Shown here: one piece after another, positions 17,093 to 25,788 of the stretch
How positions within the stretch are numbered: the stretch's first letter is position 1
Layout of the letters: every line of letters starts with the position of its first letter
NCBI GenBank assembly: GCA_964514645.1
Contig: CAZERB010000001.1
Location: 1-32,428, forward strand
Direction: 5' to 3'
Source of the DNA: an uncultured Anaerolineales bacterium
GTDB lineage: Bacteria > Chloroflexota > Anaerolineae > UBA7937
DNA length: 32,428 nt
Translations under genes and position numbers: made by a program
Notes under the pieces: model-generated
The model's database searches: none
The model's input: only the letters and a program-made list of their open reading frames with translations
What the model was told of the DNA's origin: nothing

Positions 17093-18426
17093 CTTATCTC
17101 TCCCAGTACCTCGACTAAAGCGTCGATCTCCTCCTTGGGGTTCATCTCCGTGACGCAAAAGAGCAACCCATCGGCCAATTCCGGGTAATCGCGCCCCAAG
17201 TCGTAGCCACCGACGATACCCCTCTCCCATAATCTACCATTCACCTGCCGTGGGGAAAGAGGTGTCTTCACCACGAACTCCTTAAAAAAGTCGCCGAAGG
17301 GGAGTGCGAACCCAGGAAGGCCCTCTATTTGACGAGCCGCGTAATGGGCCTTATGGAAGGAGAGTTCCGCCACCTGGCGCAGCCCCTGTTTCCCCATGGC
17401 CGCCAGATAGACCGTGGCCGCTAGAGCAACCAGGGCCTCATTAGAGCAGATATTAGAAGTAGCCTTCTCCCGGCGGATATGCTGCTCCCGGGCTTGGAGG
17501 GTGAGGACAAACCCCCGGCGCCCCTGGCTATCAGTAGTCATCCCCACCAAACGTCCGGGAAGTTGGCGCATATATTCCTGGCGGCAAGCCAAGAAGCCAA
17601 GATAGGGCCCTCCGAAACTCAAAGGGTTCCCTAAGGATTGGCCTTCTCCCACTACTAGATCGGCTCCTTCCTCCCCGGGAGGGCGAAAGAGCCCCAGAGC
17701 GATGGGGTCCACGCAAACCACGAGGAGAGCGCCAACCCTACGGGCTAATTCGCTGGCCGAAGACAGATTCTCCAGGCAACCGAAGAAGTTGGGATGCTGG
17801 ACGATGAGACAAGCGGAAGCGGAGGATAGGCTCTCCCTTGCAGAGGCCAGGTCCACCCGGCCATGGCGGTCGTACCCCACCTCCCTTATGGGCAGCCCCA
17901 GGCCTTGAGTATAGGTTCGAACCACCTGGCGGTAGGCTGGATGGACATTTCGGGCTACAACTAACTCCTCGCGGCGGGTGATACGTGCGGCCATGAGGGC
18001 TGCCTCCGCCAGGGCTGAAGCCCCATCGTAGAGGGAGGCGTTAGTCACGTCCATGCCCGTTAGGTCACAGATCATACTCTGATACTCGTAGATGGCGGTC
18101 AAGGTCCCTTGGCTAGCCTCCGGTTGATATGGGGTATAGGCGGTATAGAACTCCCCCCGCCGTAGAACATGATCCACCACCGCAGGGATGAAATGACGGT
18201 AAGCCCCAGCACCCAAGAAGCAAGGGTGGTGGTCTAGATCGGCGTTCTCTTCTGCCAACCCTTGGAGGAGTCGCACCACCTCCATCTCCGAGAGACCAGG
18301 CGGGAGATGAAGAGAGGGGTAGCGACTTTCTTCGGGTACAACTTCAAAGAGCCTATCTGTAGAATCGACGCCTATGGCCTCGAGCATCCTTTGGCGATCG
18401 GCCTCGGTATGGGGAACGTAGCCCAT
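17089..18426 (-). CDS. gcvPA: Glycine dehydrogenase (decarboxylating) subunit 1 (P-protein N-terminal subunit)
   Basis: MGYVPHTEADRQRMLEAIGV, FLGAGAYRHFIPAVVDH and EFYTAYTPYQPEASQGTL. Confidence 0.95.
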   Translation of the reverse strand: MGYVPHTEADRQRMLEAIGVDSTDRLFEVVPEESRYPSLHLPPGLSEMEVVRLLQGLAEENADLDHHPCFLGAGAYRHFIPAVVDHVLRRGEFYTAYTPYQPEASQGTLTAIYEYQSMICDLTGMDVTNASLYDGASALAEAALMAARITRREELVVARNVHPAYRQVVRTYTQGLGLPIREVGYDRHGRVDLASARESLSSASACLIVQHPNFFGCLENLSSASELARRVGALLVVCVDPIALGLFRPPGEEGADLVVGEGQSLGNPLSFGGPYLGFLACRQEYMRQLPGRLVGMTTDSQGRRGFVLTLQAREQHIRREKATSNICSNEALVALAATVYLAAMGKQGLRQVAELSFHKAHYAARQIEGLPGFALPFGDFFKEFVVKTPLSPRQVNGRLWERGIVGGYDLGRDYPELADGLLFCVTEMNPKEEIDALVEVLGEIR

Positions 18427-18429
18427 CTC

Positions 18430-18708
18430 TTACTCCTTGCAGATCCTCCGAACCTCGAAGGTCACCCAAGCGTGATCTGGACAGGTGAAAGTCGTACTAT
18501 CTGGATCCTTCGCCTCACCATAGGTCACTAGATCTGCGCCCAGTCGCATGGCATGGATAACCGGATACATGGCACAAAAAGCCTCCCCACATAGCCCCAA
18601 GGGCGTCCCATATTCGAACTCGAATCTATCGCCCACCTTATGACCAGCCCGGCAACCGGGCTTCGCTTCCTTCACACTGACGACGAAACCCCATTTCTCC
18701 TTGTCCAT
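18430..18708 (-). CDS. Small Cys-rich protein resembling the uncharacterised ~90-aa family I recall as TIGR04076
   Basis: 92 aa with PGCRAGHKVGDRFEF, GLCGEAFCAMYP and FTCPDHAWVTFEVRRI. It starts 9 nt after the gcvH stop and ends 3 nt before the gcvPA start. Confidence 0.7.
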   Translation of the reverse strand: MDKEKWGFVVSVKEAKPGCRAGHKVGDRFEFEYGTPLGLCGEAFCAMYPVIHAMRLGADLVTYGEAKDPDSTTFTCPDHAWVTFEVRRICKE

Positions 18709-18717
18709 CTTATCCTC

Positions 18718-19101
18718 CTACCCGAGCCCTTCCAGGTACCCCTCGTACTCCTCGGCGGTCAAGAGGTTCGCAAGTTCGGAGGTATCTGAAGGCTTGATTT
18801 TCATCATCCAGCCCTTGCCATAGGGGTCCTCGTTGACGAACTGTGGGTGGTCACTCAACTCCCCGTTCACCTCCAACACCTCTCCGCTGAGAGGCGCATA
18901 GAGGTCAGAGGCCGCTTTCACCGACTCCACCACCCCAAAAGGTTCAAACTGGGTCAAGATCTCCCCGGGAGGTGGCAACTCCACATAGACTATATCGCCC
19001 AATTGGCCTTGGGCATAATCGGTGATCCCTACAGTAGCGAGTCTCCCCTCGAGCCTCACCCACTCGTGTTCTTTACTATATCTGCAATCCCGCGGCTTCA
19101 T
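18718..19101 (-). CDS. gcvH: Glycine cleavage system H protein (lipoyl carrier)
   Basis: YSKEHEWVRLEG..ATVGITDYAQGQLGDIVYVELP and lipoyl-lysine motif VESVKAASDLYAPLSGEV. Confidence 0.95.
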   Translation of the reverse strand: MKPRDCRYSKEHEWVRLEGRLATVGITDYAQGQLGDIVYVELPPPGEILTQFEPFGVVESVKAASDLYAPLSGEVLEVNGELSDHPQFVNEDPYGKGWMMKIKPSDTSELANLLTAEEYEGYLEGLG

Positions 19102-19183
19102 ACCTGCTCCCTTCTCTGTGAAAGGACACTGTCGCTTCTAGCCCATAAGACGAGGAGGCCGATGATCTTTCAACCTCTCCTCC

Positions 19184-19310
19184 AAACTCCCGGCGGGCAA
19201 CTCTCCCCTGGGGGAGGCGAACGGTATCCACCCGCAACCCTACCAGTCGACCCTCATATATCCCCTCACTGGCGATGGTCACCTCTTTCCCCAAGCGCCT
19301 CTCCGACTTA
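19184..19310 (-). pseudogene. Relic of the N-terminus of a NudF-type ADP-ribose pyrophosphatase (NUDIX) gene
   Basis: Translation LKSERRLGKEVTIASEGIYEGRLVGLRVDTVRLPQGRVARREF matches the B. subtilis NudF N-terminus (MKSLEEKTIAKEQIFSGKVIDLYVEDVELPNGKASKREIV, from memory). There is no ATG/GTG at the expected start (CTT). Similarity is lost after RREF, no NUDIX box follows, and the frame runs into gcvH. Confidence 0.55.
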
Positions 19311-19838
19311 AGGGATGACCAGGGTCTGCCCTATGTAAATCGTGTTCACATCTGGCAGGTTGTTGGCCACCGCGATCGCTTCAGGCGTAGTATTGAAACG
19401 GCTGGCGATTGAGTAGAGGGTATCCCCATATTGCACCACATATACCTGGCCAGCGACCGGCGTCACCTCCCCAGCCTCAGGGATAACGAGTTCCTGCCCC
19501 ACATAGATGAGGTAGGGATAGGTAAGCCCATTGGCGGCAGCAATGGCCTCCACGGTGACCCCGTTAGCCTGAGCGATGGAGAAGAGGGTATCTCCAAAGG
19601 AGACGATATGGACCGTCACTTGTGGTGTGGCGGTGGGTGAAGGGGTAGGAGTTGCCGCTGGCGTGGCTGTAGGGGTGGGAGAGACAAGTGGTGGAGTCTC
19701 CGTCGCTAGTGGAGCAGTGGTAGGGGTACTCACCGGCTCGGTAGCCTGGGGGAGGATAATCTGTGGCTTGGGCCGCTGACAGCCCATAAAAGTGAAGACC
19801 AAACAGAGCACGACCAAAATCACAACAGCCTTTTTCAT
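19308..19838 (-). CDS. Secreted/lipoprotein with a Pro/Thr-rich linker and two LysM peptidoglycan-binding domains
   Basis: MKKAVVILVVLCLVFTFMGCQ signal. TPTATPAATPTPSPTATP linker. Two LysM repeats (HIVSFGDTLFSIAQANGVTVEAIAAANGL..IYVGQELVIP; YVVQYGDTLYSIASRFNTTPEAIAVANNL..IYIGQTLVIP). Confidence 0.9.
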   Translation of the reverse strand: MKKAVVILVVLCLVFTFMGCQRPKPQIILPQATEPVSTPTTAPLATETPPLVSPTPTATPAATPTPSPTATPQVTVHIVSFGDTLFSIAQANGVTVEAIAAANGLTYPYLIYVGQELVIPEAGEVTPVAGQVYVVQYGDTLYSIASRFNTTPEAIAVANNLPDVNTIYIGQTLVIP

Positions 19839-19908
19839 CTCTTCTCCTTTCTAGGAAGCCTCAGGCAAGGATTACCTGGCGCATCTCCGCTTTATAAACA
19901 TCCTAATA

Positions 19909-20460
19909 TTAGACAGCACAGACACCTTTCCTAGATGCGGCGTCGTCAGAATAGAGTTCACTTTCCGCCATAACCTTTGCGAACGCTCGGTACGCCTCTT
20001 CCCCATAAAGGACGAAGACCACCTCCTCTAAGGAACTCTCTCCAGCCAGGCGCTTTTGCACCTCTCGAATCATCACTTCAGCAGCCTTCGCATAGGGGAA
20101 GCGCCCCACCCCCGTACCCAGGGCGGGAAAGGCTATGCTCTTCAGGCCCAGTTCCTCGGCTCGGAGGAGGCTGTTTTTGGTCGCAGTGCGGATCTTCTCC
20201 TCATCGGTGACCAGATCGGGCCCCATAACCGCGGCGTGGATCACGTACTTACAAGGTAACTTCCCCGCTCCGGTGACCACCGCCTCCCCCACAGGGATAG
20301 GCCCCTTCTTCACCACCTCTTCCTCTATCTCCCTACCACCAGCCCGCCTGATCGCTCCGGCCACCCCACCTCCCATCCAGAGGGAACTGTTGGCCGCATT
20401 GACGATCGCTTCTGCCTTCTCACGAGTGATATCCCCTTGACGGAGGGTGATTCTAGCCAT
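19909..20460 (-). CDS. Macro-domain protein (ADP-ribose / O-acetyl-ADP-ribose binding or deacetylase, Af1521/YmdB-like)
   Basis: ITLRQGDITREKAEAIVNAANSSLWMGGGVAGAIRRAGG, YVIHAAV and IAFPALGTGVGRFP. Confidence 0.9.
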   Translation of the reverse strand: MARITLRQGDITREKAEAIVNAANSSLWMGGGVAGAIRRAGGREIEEEVVKKGPIPVGEAVVTGAGKLPCKYVIHAAVMGPDLVTDEEKIRTATKNSLLRAEELGLKSIAFPALGTGVGRFPYAKAAEVMIREVQKRLAGESSLEEVVFVLYGEEAYRAFAKVMAESELYSDDAASRKGVCAV

Positions 20461-20462
20461 CC

Positions 20463-22352
20463 CTACCTACTCTTCCCCTCCATATCGATGAGAACTCGGG
20501 CCACAGCGTCGATGGCCACTCTCTGCTTGCGGTAGAGGTCCGACTCGCTCATGGCCAAACGCTGGGCGATTTCCCTCATCCGCCAACCGCGGATGAACTT
20601 CATCTCCAAGATATTATAGAGTACCCACCCTCTGGCGGTGAGGCTCCTTTCCTCCTCTGGAGGCTTCAGGGCCTCGATAGCCCCTCGCAGGACCGCACGG
20701 AGAGCCTCAGTGGGAACATATCCGTTCTCTGCCAGGGCCCTCTGCACTATCCCCATCTTGAGGAGAGGGCTCTCTAATAGATTAGGGCCTCCCCAATAGT
20801 GAGCAAGAGCCTCTTTCACCACCTTATTGAAATCGGAAGCGTAGATGGGGCTCTCCTCCGGCGGAAAGACGGCGGAACCAACATAGCGGGGAGTGCTTCG
20901 CCAGCGTTGGATCGACTGGATCTCCGGCGCGATCTGGCTTAGTACCGCAAAGACCCCTTGCTGCAACTGCCGGTCTTCCAAGGCCAACTCCGCTTGGTGA
21001 ACCAGCATCCGCACCGTCTCCTCTTCCCTCTCCGTCAACTCCTCCTGCCTGGCCTCCACACCCAGTACCCCTAGTGTACCCTCCCGCGACTTCGTACGCA
21101 AGGGAAGGAGCCAGAAGCCCCCCTTATCTATAAAGCCCTGGCTTTCTCCTCCCTCAAGGGGCAAAGCGAGCAAACCATTTGGATCCTCCGACTCCAAGAA
21201 CGCATCGACACTCCTCCGAGAACCACAGAACGCCTCCAAATGGAGGCCATCTTCCCCGGGTGTGACTATGAAACCGGTACCAACACGCAAAAGATCGCAG
21301 AGAGCGGTAAGGATATTTTGCAAGAGTTCTTGCAGGTCGGTGGTGGTAAGGAGCCGATCCTCCAACTCCCGTATCCGAGCCACCTCTGCCCTATCCCGGC
21401 GGTAGGCCAGAAGATCGATAAGCGGCCTGGCGGCACTGATAGCGACCTGCAGGAGGACGATACCCAGCACCGTAGCGAAGATGAGGACCGTATCTCGAGG
21501 AAGGCCCAGGATGCTCTCCACCCGGGGTATCACCAGCATCAAGATGAGAAGGCAACTTCCCACCAAAGGGCCCCGGAGGAGGTAGTTTATTAGACTCCGC
21601 TTCACCACCCGGTCGGGCATCAGAACCCCATGATAGGCCACACTGTATCCCATCACCACGGTCATGATTGCGATACCCGCGCTCCCTACCAAGGATAAGA
21701 AGAGGATAAAGGTGGGAGAGAAGCGAGCAGGGAGGCTAGCCAAAAGAAGGTAAGGAAAAGCGCCCAAGGCGGGAGCGACGAAGGAGATGGTCAAGTAGGT
21801 CATCCGCCGTCGGGAAGCCGGGGTGAGGGTCCGGTGGCGGGCTCGAAGGGTGTTCAGAACCCCCCAACCGGTCACCAGGAAAAAGTAGAAAGCGAAGGCC
21901 CAGAAGAGAGGCCCAGCCCTGAAGTAGGTGACCCAAAGGGTATGCACACCATCCCGCACCACTAGAGGGGTTAAGATGGTGAGGGAGAAGAAAAGGGCCC
22001 CCAAAAGGTAACTGAAGATGACAAAACCCCGCCGCAGACGAGAGAAGGAGTTTGTGGTTCGAAGCAGCGCATCGGAGAAATGGAGGTAGGCGACGGGGAT
22101 GAAGGCTATCCCCAACCACTGAAACTTCAGCCAGAAGAACTTGGCAGAGGCGGTGCTCACGTTTAGGAGTATAACATCGGCAGCGTGGACGATAGTGACA
22201 AAGGCCAAAAGGGAAGAGAAAGAGCGGGCTACCGTATTGCGAAGGTTGTGAGTGAGGATATAGACCAGGAGTGAGAAGGCGAGTATGACATTGATAGAGG
22301 AGAGGATCAGGTTGCCGAAAGCCAAGACCCTCTCCAGCGTTAATTGCTCCAT
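20463..22352 (-). CDS. Polytopic membrane protein (about 9 TM, HisKA_7TM-like) fused to a GAF-like domain and a C-terminal sigma-70 region-4-like HTH
   Basis: The N-terminal 300 aa are almost entirely hydrophobic helices. The middle region TTDLQELLQNILTALCDLLRVGTGFIV...GTLGVLGVEA is GAF-like. The C-terminus YNILEMKFIRGWRMREIAQRLAMSESDLYRKQRVAIDAVARVL is r4/LuxR-like. No HisKA/HATPase motifs. Its ATG overlaps the cdsA stop (TGATG). Confidence 0.8.
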   Translation of the reverse strand: MEQLTLERVLAFGNLILSSINVILAFSLLVYILTHNLRNTVARSFSSLLAFVTIVHAADVILLNVSTASAKFFWLKFQWLGIAFIPVAYLHFSDALLRTTNSFSRLRRGFVIFSYLLGALFFSLTILTPLVVRDGVHTLWVTYFRAGPLFWAFAFYFFLVTGWGVLNTLRARHRTLTPASRRRMTYLTISFVAPALGAFPYLLLASLPARFSPTFILFLSLVGSAGIAIMTVVMGYSVAYHGVLMPDRVVKRSLINYLLRGPLVGSCLLILMLVIPRVESILGLPRDTVLIFATVLGIVLLQVAISAARPLIDLLAYRRDRAEVARIRELEDRLLTTTDLQELLQNILTALCDLLRVGTGFIVTPGEDGLHLEAFCGSRRSVDAFLESEDPNGLLALPLEGGESQGFIDKGGFWLLPLRTKSREGTLGVLGVEARQEELTEREEETVRMLVHQAELALEDRQLQQGVFAVLSQIAPEIQSIQRWRSTPRYVGSAVFPPEESPIYASDFNKVVKEALAHYWGGPNLLESPLLKMGIVQRALAENGYVPTEALRAVLRGAIEALKPPEEERSLTARGWVLYNILEMKFIRGWRMREIAQRLAMSESDLYRKQRVAIDAVARVLIDMEGKSR

Positions 22353-23143
22353 CAGACTTTTATCACCCAGATCAGATAATAATAAACCGCAGCCACCGAG
22401 AAGAGGAGGCTATCGATCCGGTCCAGCACCCCTCCATGGCCCGGGATCAGCCACCCTGAGTCTTTTGCCCCCGCCCAACGCTTGAACATCGACTCCACCA
22501 AGTCGCCTCCCGTGGCTGCTAGACTGATAAGCAAACCCAGAAGAAAGGCATGGAGGAGCGGCAACCTCAAAACCGCCCCCATAAGGGTGCCTACCGCCAT
22601 CCCCGATATCCAGCCCCCTATGCTCCCCTCCCAGGTCTTCTTGGGGCTGATGCGAGGAGCGAAGGGGTGCTCCCCTATCCATCGGCCCACAAAATAGGCG
22701 CCAGTATCGTGGGCCCAAGCGGGAAAGAAAGCGAGTAACGTCCATCCTAACCCTCTGGGGAGATCCCGCAAGAGAATGAAGTGGCTGAGCAAGAGAGCGA
22801 TATATATGCCCCCGCCCAGGCTGAGAGCCCAACCCACCACCGGGATATCTCCGCCCCGACGAGCCATCTGCCAGAGGAGAGAGAAAGCCAGGAGTAGGGT
22901 CATACCGCCCCTTATCATTGCCAAAGAGGGGTACAAGGTCCCGACCATGATAAGGAGGATAAGAAGCACGGTGAGGGGGTAGTCAGCCCTTTCCCCTGCT
23001 TGGGAGATAAGACGAAGATACTCATATCCCGCCGCTATAGCCACCACTGTCAAGAGCGCCCAGTACCAGAGTCCACCCAGATAGACGAACCCCAAAATCA
23101 AGGGGCCCATGACTAAAGCGCTGATGACGCGCTTGGCAAGCAT
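22352..23143 (-). CDS. cdsA: Phosphatidate cytidylyltransferase (CDP-diglyceride synthase)
   Basis: Signature SMFKRWAGAKDSGWLIPGHGGVLDRIDSLLF; multi-TM protein. Confidence 0.9.
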   Translation of the reverse strand: MLAKRVISALVMGPLILGFVYLGGLWYWALLTVVAIAAGYEYLRLISQAGERADYPLTVLLILLIMVGTLYPSLAMIRGGMTLLLAFSLLWQMARRGGDIPVVGWALSLGGGIYIALLLSHFILLRDLPRGLGWTLLAFFPAWAHDTGAYFVGRWIGEHPFAPRISPKKTWEGSIGGWISGMAVGTLMGAVLRLPLLHAFLLGLLISLAATGGDLVESMFKRWAGAKDSGWLIPGHGGVLDRIDSLLFSVAAVYYYLIWVIKV

Positions 23144-23169
23144 GGCCCTCCTCTCCCAGGGCAGAATAT

Positions 23170-23886
23170 CTAGCCTTCCCTCAGCAGCCCGAACCTCCTC
23201 TCCCTCTGACTGTAGGCCAAAAGCGCCTTATAAAGTTCTTCCTTGTTGAAATCGGGCCAGTAAGTAGGCGTGGAGTAATATTCCGCATAGGCCGCCTGCC
23301 AGATCAAAAAGTTGCTGAGCCGCATCTCCCCACCGGTGCGGATAATCAAGTCGGGGGGAGGCAACCCAGCGGTGTAGAGATACCGTTCAAACAGTTCCTC
23401 GCTTAACTCCTGGGGAGAGATGCCATCTCCCATCAATTGCCGCACCGCATCCAGGATCTCACTGCGCCCACCATAGTTGAAAGCCACATTCAATATCAGC
23501 CGGTCGTTACCTTTAGTCAATTCGATAGCATCCCTCACCGCCCGCTGCAACCTCTGGGAGATCCCTTCCAGCCGACCGATATGACGCAACTTAACACCGT
23601 TCTTGTGGAGGTTCTCTACCTCCCGATCGATAACCTCCTCCAGAATGCGCATCAAGCCCCGCACCTCCGCTTGGGGACGCCCCCAGTTCTCCGTGGAGAA
23701 GGCGTAGATGGTGAGGATCTTGATGCCAAACTCGCTACACGCTTCCAGAACCCGACGGATATTCTCCGTACCAGCACGATGACCCTCCAGCCGAGGCAAG
23801 CCGTGCTCCCGGGCCCATCGCCCGTTCCCGTCCATTATGATCCCCACATGCTGGGGAATGGTAACTAGAGACCCCTCTTTATCCAT
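23170..23886 (-). CDS. uppS: Isoprenyl transferase / undecaprenyl-diphosphate synthase
   Basis: [22 protein letters not shown] and [29 protein letters not shown] 23886 lies 10 nt after the frr stop. The ORF-track extension to 23955 overlaps frr and is rejected. Confidence 0.9.
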   Translation of the reverse strand: MDKEGSLVTIPQHVGIIMDGNGRWAREHGLPRLEGHRAGTENIRRVLEACSEFGIKILTIYAFSTENWGRPQAEVRGLMRILEEVIDREVENLHKNGVKLRHIGRLEGISQRLQRAVRDAIELTKGNDRLILNVAFNYGGRSEILDAVRQLMGDGISPQELSEELFERYLYTAGLPPPDLIIRTGGEMRLSNFLIWQAAYAEYYSTPTYWPDFNKEELYKALLAYSQRERRFGLLREG

Positions 23887-23896
23887 AAGAAACCGC

Positions 23897-24454
23897 TTAT
23901 ACCTCTTTGATCTCCTCTTCCTTGGCTCGCCCCACCTCGTCCACCCGTTCCACACACTTGTCCGTCAACTTCTGCATATCCTCTCGGGCCCGGTAATGCT
24001 CATCTTCGGATATAAGTTTCTCCTTCTCCATCTCCCTTAGATCCTGTAGGCCATCGCGGCGACAGTTGCGGATGGCTACCCGCGCTTCTTCTACGCGACG
24101 ACCCACTACCCTTACCAACTCCTGCCGTCGTTCTTCCGTCAAACGAGGGATAGGCAGACGGATCACCTTTCCATCGTTGAGGGGGGTCAACCCCAGATCC
24201 GACTTGAGGATCGCCTTCTCGATCTCAGACAAAGAGGTGGGATCATAAGGCCGGATGATCATGAGGCGTGGCTCGGGAACAGAGATGGCAGCCAACTGGT
24301 TGAGGGGGGTGGGAGCACCATAATAATCGACCCTCAATTTCTCTACGAGGGCTGGAGAGGCCCTCCCCGTCCTGATGGTGGCCAAGTCGCCTTGCAGGAC
24401 TTCCTCCGCCTTCTTCATCCGGGCCTCGATCTCTTTCAATAGGTCGTCGATCAT
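23897..24454 (-). CDS. frr: Ribosome recycling factor
   Basis: [49 protein letters not shown] 24454 overlaps the pyrH stop (ATGA). The longer ORF-track start at 24532 is rejected. Confidence 0.95.
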   Translation of the reverse strand: MIDDLLKEIEARMKKAEEVLQGDLATIRTGRASPALVEKLRVDYYGAPTPLNQLAAISVPEPRLMIIRPYDPTSLSEIEKAILKSDLGLTPLNDGKVIRLPIPRLTEERRQELVRVVGRRVEEARVAIRNCRRDGLQDLREMEKEKLISEDEHYRAREDMQKLTDKCVERVDEVGRAKEEEIKEV

Positions 24455-25182
24455 GAGCCTCCTCCCGAACGATCGATTAGGGTCCCCACCCTCTCGCCCA
24501 GCACCGCTTTCTCCAGGCTTTGGGGCTCCCACAAGCCCACCACGATGATGGGGAGTTCGTTATCCATGCATAAGGAGAGGGCTGTGCTATCCAAGATCCC
24601 CACCCCCAGATTCAAGGCCTCGATATAAGTCAGATGCTCCAACCTCCGTGCAGCGGGGTTTAACAGGGGATCCTCATCGTAAACGGCGTCCACCTTGGTG
24701 GCCTTGATGAGGACCTGCGCGTCGATCTCCATGGCTCTCAGGGCAGCAGCGGTATCGGTAGTGAAGTAGGGGTTGCCGGTCCCGGCGCCCAGGATCACCA
24801 CCCGCCCTTTCTCCAGATGGCGGATGGCTCGTAAGCGGATATAAGGCTCGGCCACGGCCCGCATCTCGATAGCCGTCTGAACCCTAGTGGTCACCCCTGC
24901 CCTCTCCAAAGCGTCCTGCAAGGCTAAAGAGTTCATCACCGTAGCCAGCATCCCCATATGATCGGCGGTAGCCCGCTCCATCCCATGAGCCATGCCATCC
25001 TTGCCCCGCCAGATATTCCCTGCGCCGAGGACGATGGCTACCTGGACCCCCCGTTCCTTCACACCCTTTACCTTCTTGGCTACCTCTTCGGCCCTTTGGG
25101 GATCTATGCCCCATCCCTCCAGCCCAGCCAGCGCCTCGCCGCCCAGTTTCAAGAGGACTCGTCCATACTTCGCTTCACCCAC
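24451..25182 (-). CDS. pyrH: UMP kinase
   Basis: [25 protein letters not shown] and [17 protein letters not shown]. Confidence 0.95.
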   Translation of the reverse strand: MGEAKYGRVLLKLGGEALAGLEGWGIDPQRAEEVAKKVKGVKERGVQVAIVLGAGNIWRGKDGMAHGMERATADHMGMLATVMNSLALQDALERAGVTTRVQTAIEMRAVAEPYIRLRAIRHLEKGRVVILGAGTGNPYFTTDTAAALRAMEIDAQVLIKATKVDAVYDEDPLLNPAARRLEHLTYIEALNLGVGILDSTALSLCMDNELPIIVVGLWEPQSLEKAVLGERVGTLIDRSGGGS

Positions 25183-25191
25183 CTCGCCTCC

Positions 25192-25788
25192 TTAAGACCT
25201 CTCCCCTAGTTCGTATCGCACGAAACGGCGTACCACTATGTTCTCCCCCAGTTTGGCGATACCCTCAGTGATGACCTCTGCCACCGTTAACCCTTCGTCT
25301 TTGATAAAAGGTTGTCTAAGAAGGCAAACCTGGTCGTAATATCCCTCCAGTTTCCCTTCCACGATCCTCTCCATAAGATGCTCTGGCTTGTCTTGCCCCT
25401 CCAATTCGGTGAGAAAGAGTCGCTTCTTCTCCTCTATCACCTCAGGGGGGATATCTTCTGGACGAAGATACTGGGGGTTGGAAGCCACCACCTGCATCGC
25501 CAGGTCATGGGCTAACCTCTGGAACTCCTCAGTCCGAGCCACGAAATCGGTCTCGCAATTGATCTCTACCAAGGCCCCCAGCCGACCTCTAGCGTGGATA
25601 TAGGCCTCCACCAACCCTTCTTGAGCCACGCGGCCCGCTTTCTTGGCCGCGATGGCTAGGCCCCTTTGGCGCAGAAGCCTCGTCGCCTCCTCAAGGTCAC
25701 CCCCTGTCTCCTCCAACGCCCTCTTGCAATCTAAAACCCCGGCCCCGGTGTGTTCTCGGAGCGCCTTCACCATCTCCTTACTTACCAC
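25192..25788 (-). CDS. tsf: Translation elongation factor Ts (short ~200-aa form)
   Basis: [45 protein letters not shown] start overlaps the rpsB end by 7 nt and is preceded by GAGGAGG. Confidence 0.9.
   Translation of the reverse strand: MVSKEMVKALREHTGAGVLDCKRALEETGGDLEEATRLLRQRGLAIAAKKAGRVAQEGLVEAYIHARGRLGALVEINCETDFVARTEEFQRLAHDLAMQVVASNPQYLRPEDIPPEVIEEKKRLFLTELEGQDKPEHLMERIVEGKLEGYYDQVCLLRQPFIKDEGLTVAEVITEGIAKLGENIVVRRFVRYELGERS

Noticed and set aside
19102-19310. Possible tandem glycine riboswitch upstream of gcvH: two GGAGAG boxes ~95 nt apart and a CGCCGGGAG segment on the minus strand.
   Set aside because: The conserved cores (CACCGAAGGGGCAA-like and CUCAGGCAAAAGGAC-like) are absent, as are supporting P2/P3 helices. 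The same bases translate into a convincing NudF N-terminus. A cmsearch with the Rfam glycine model would settle it.
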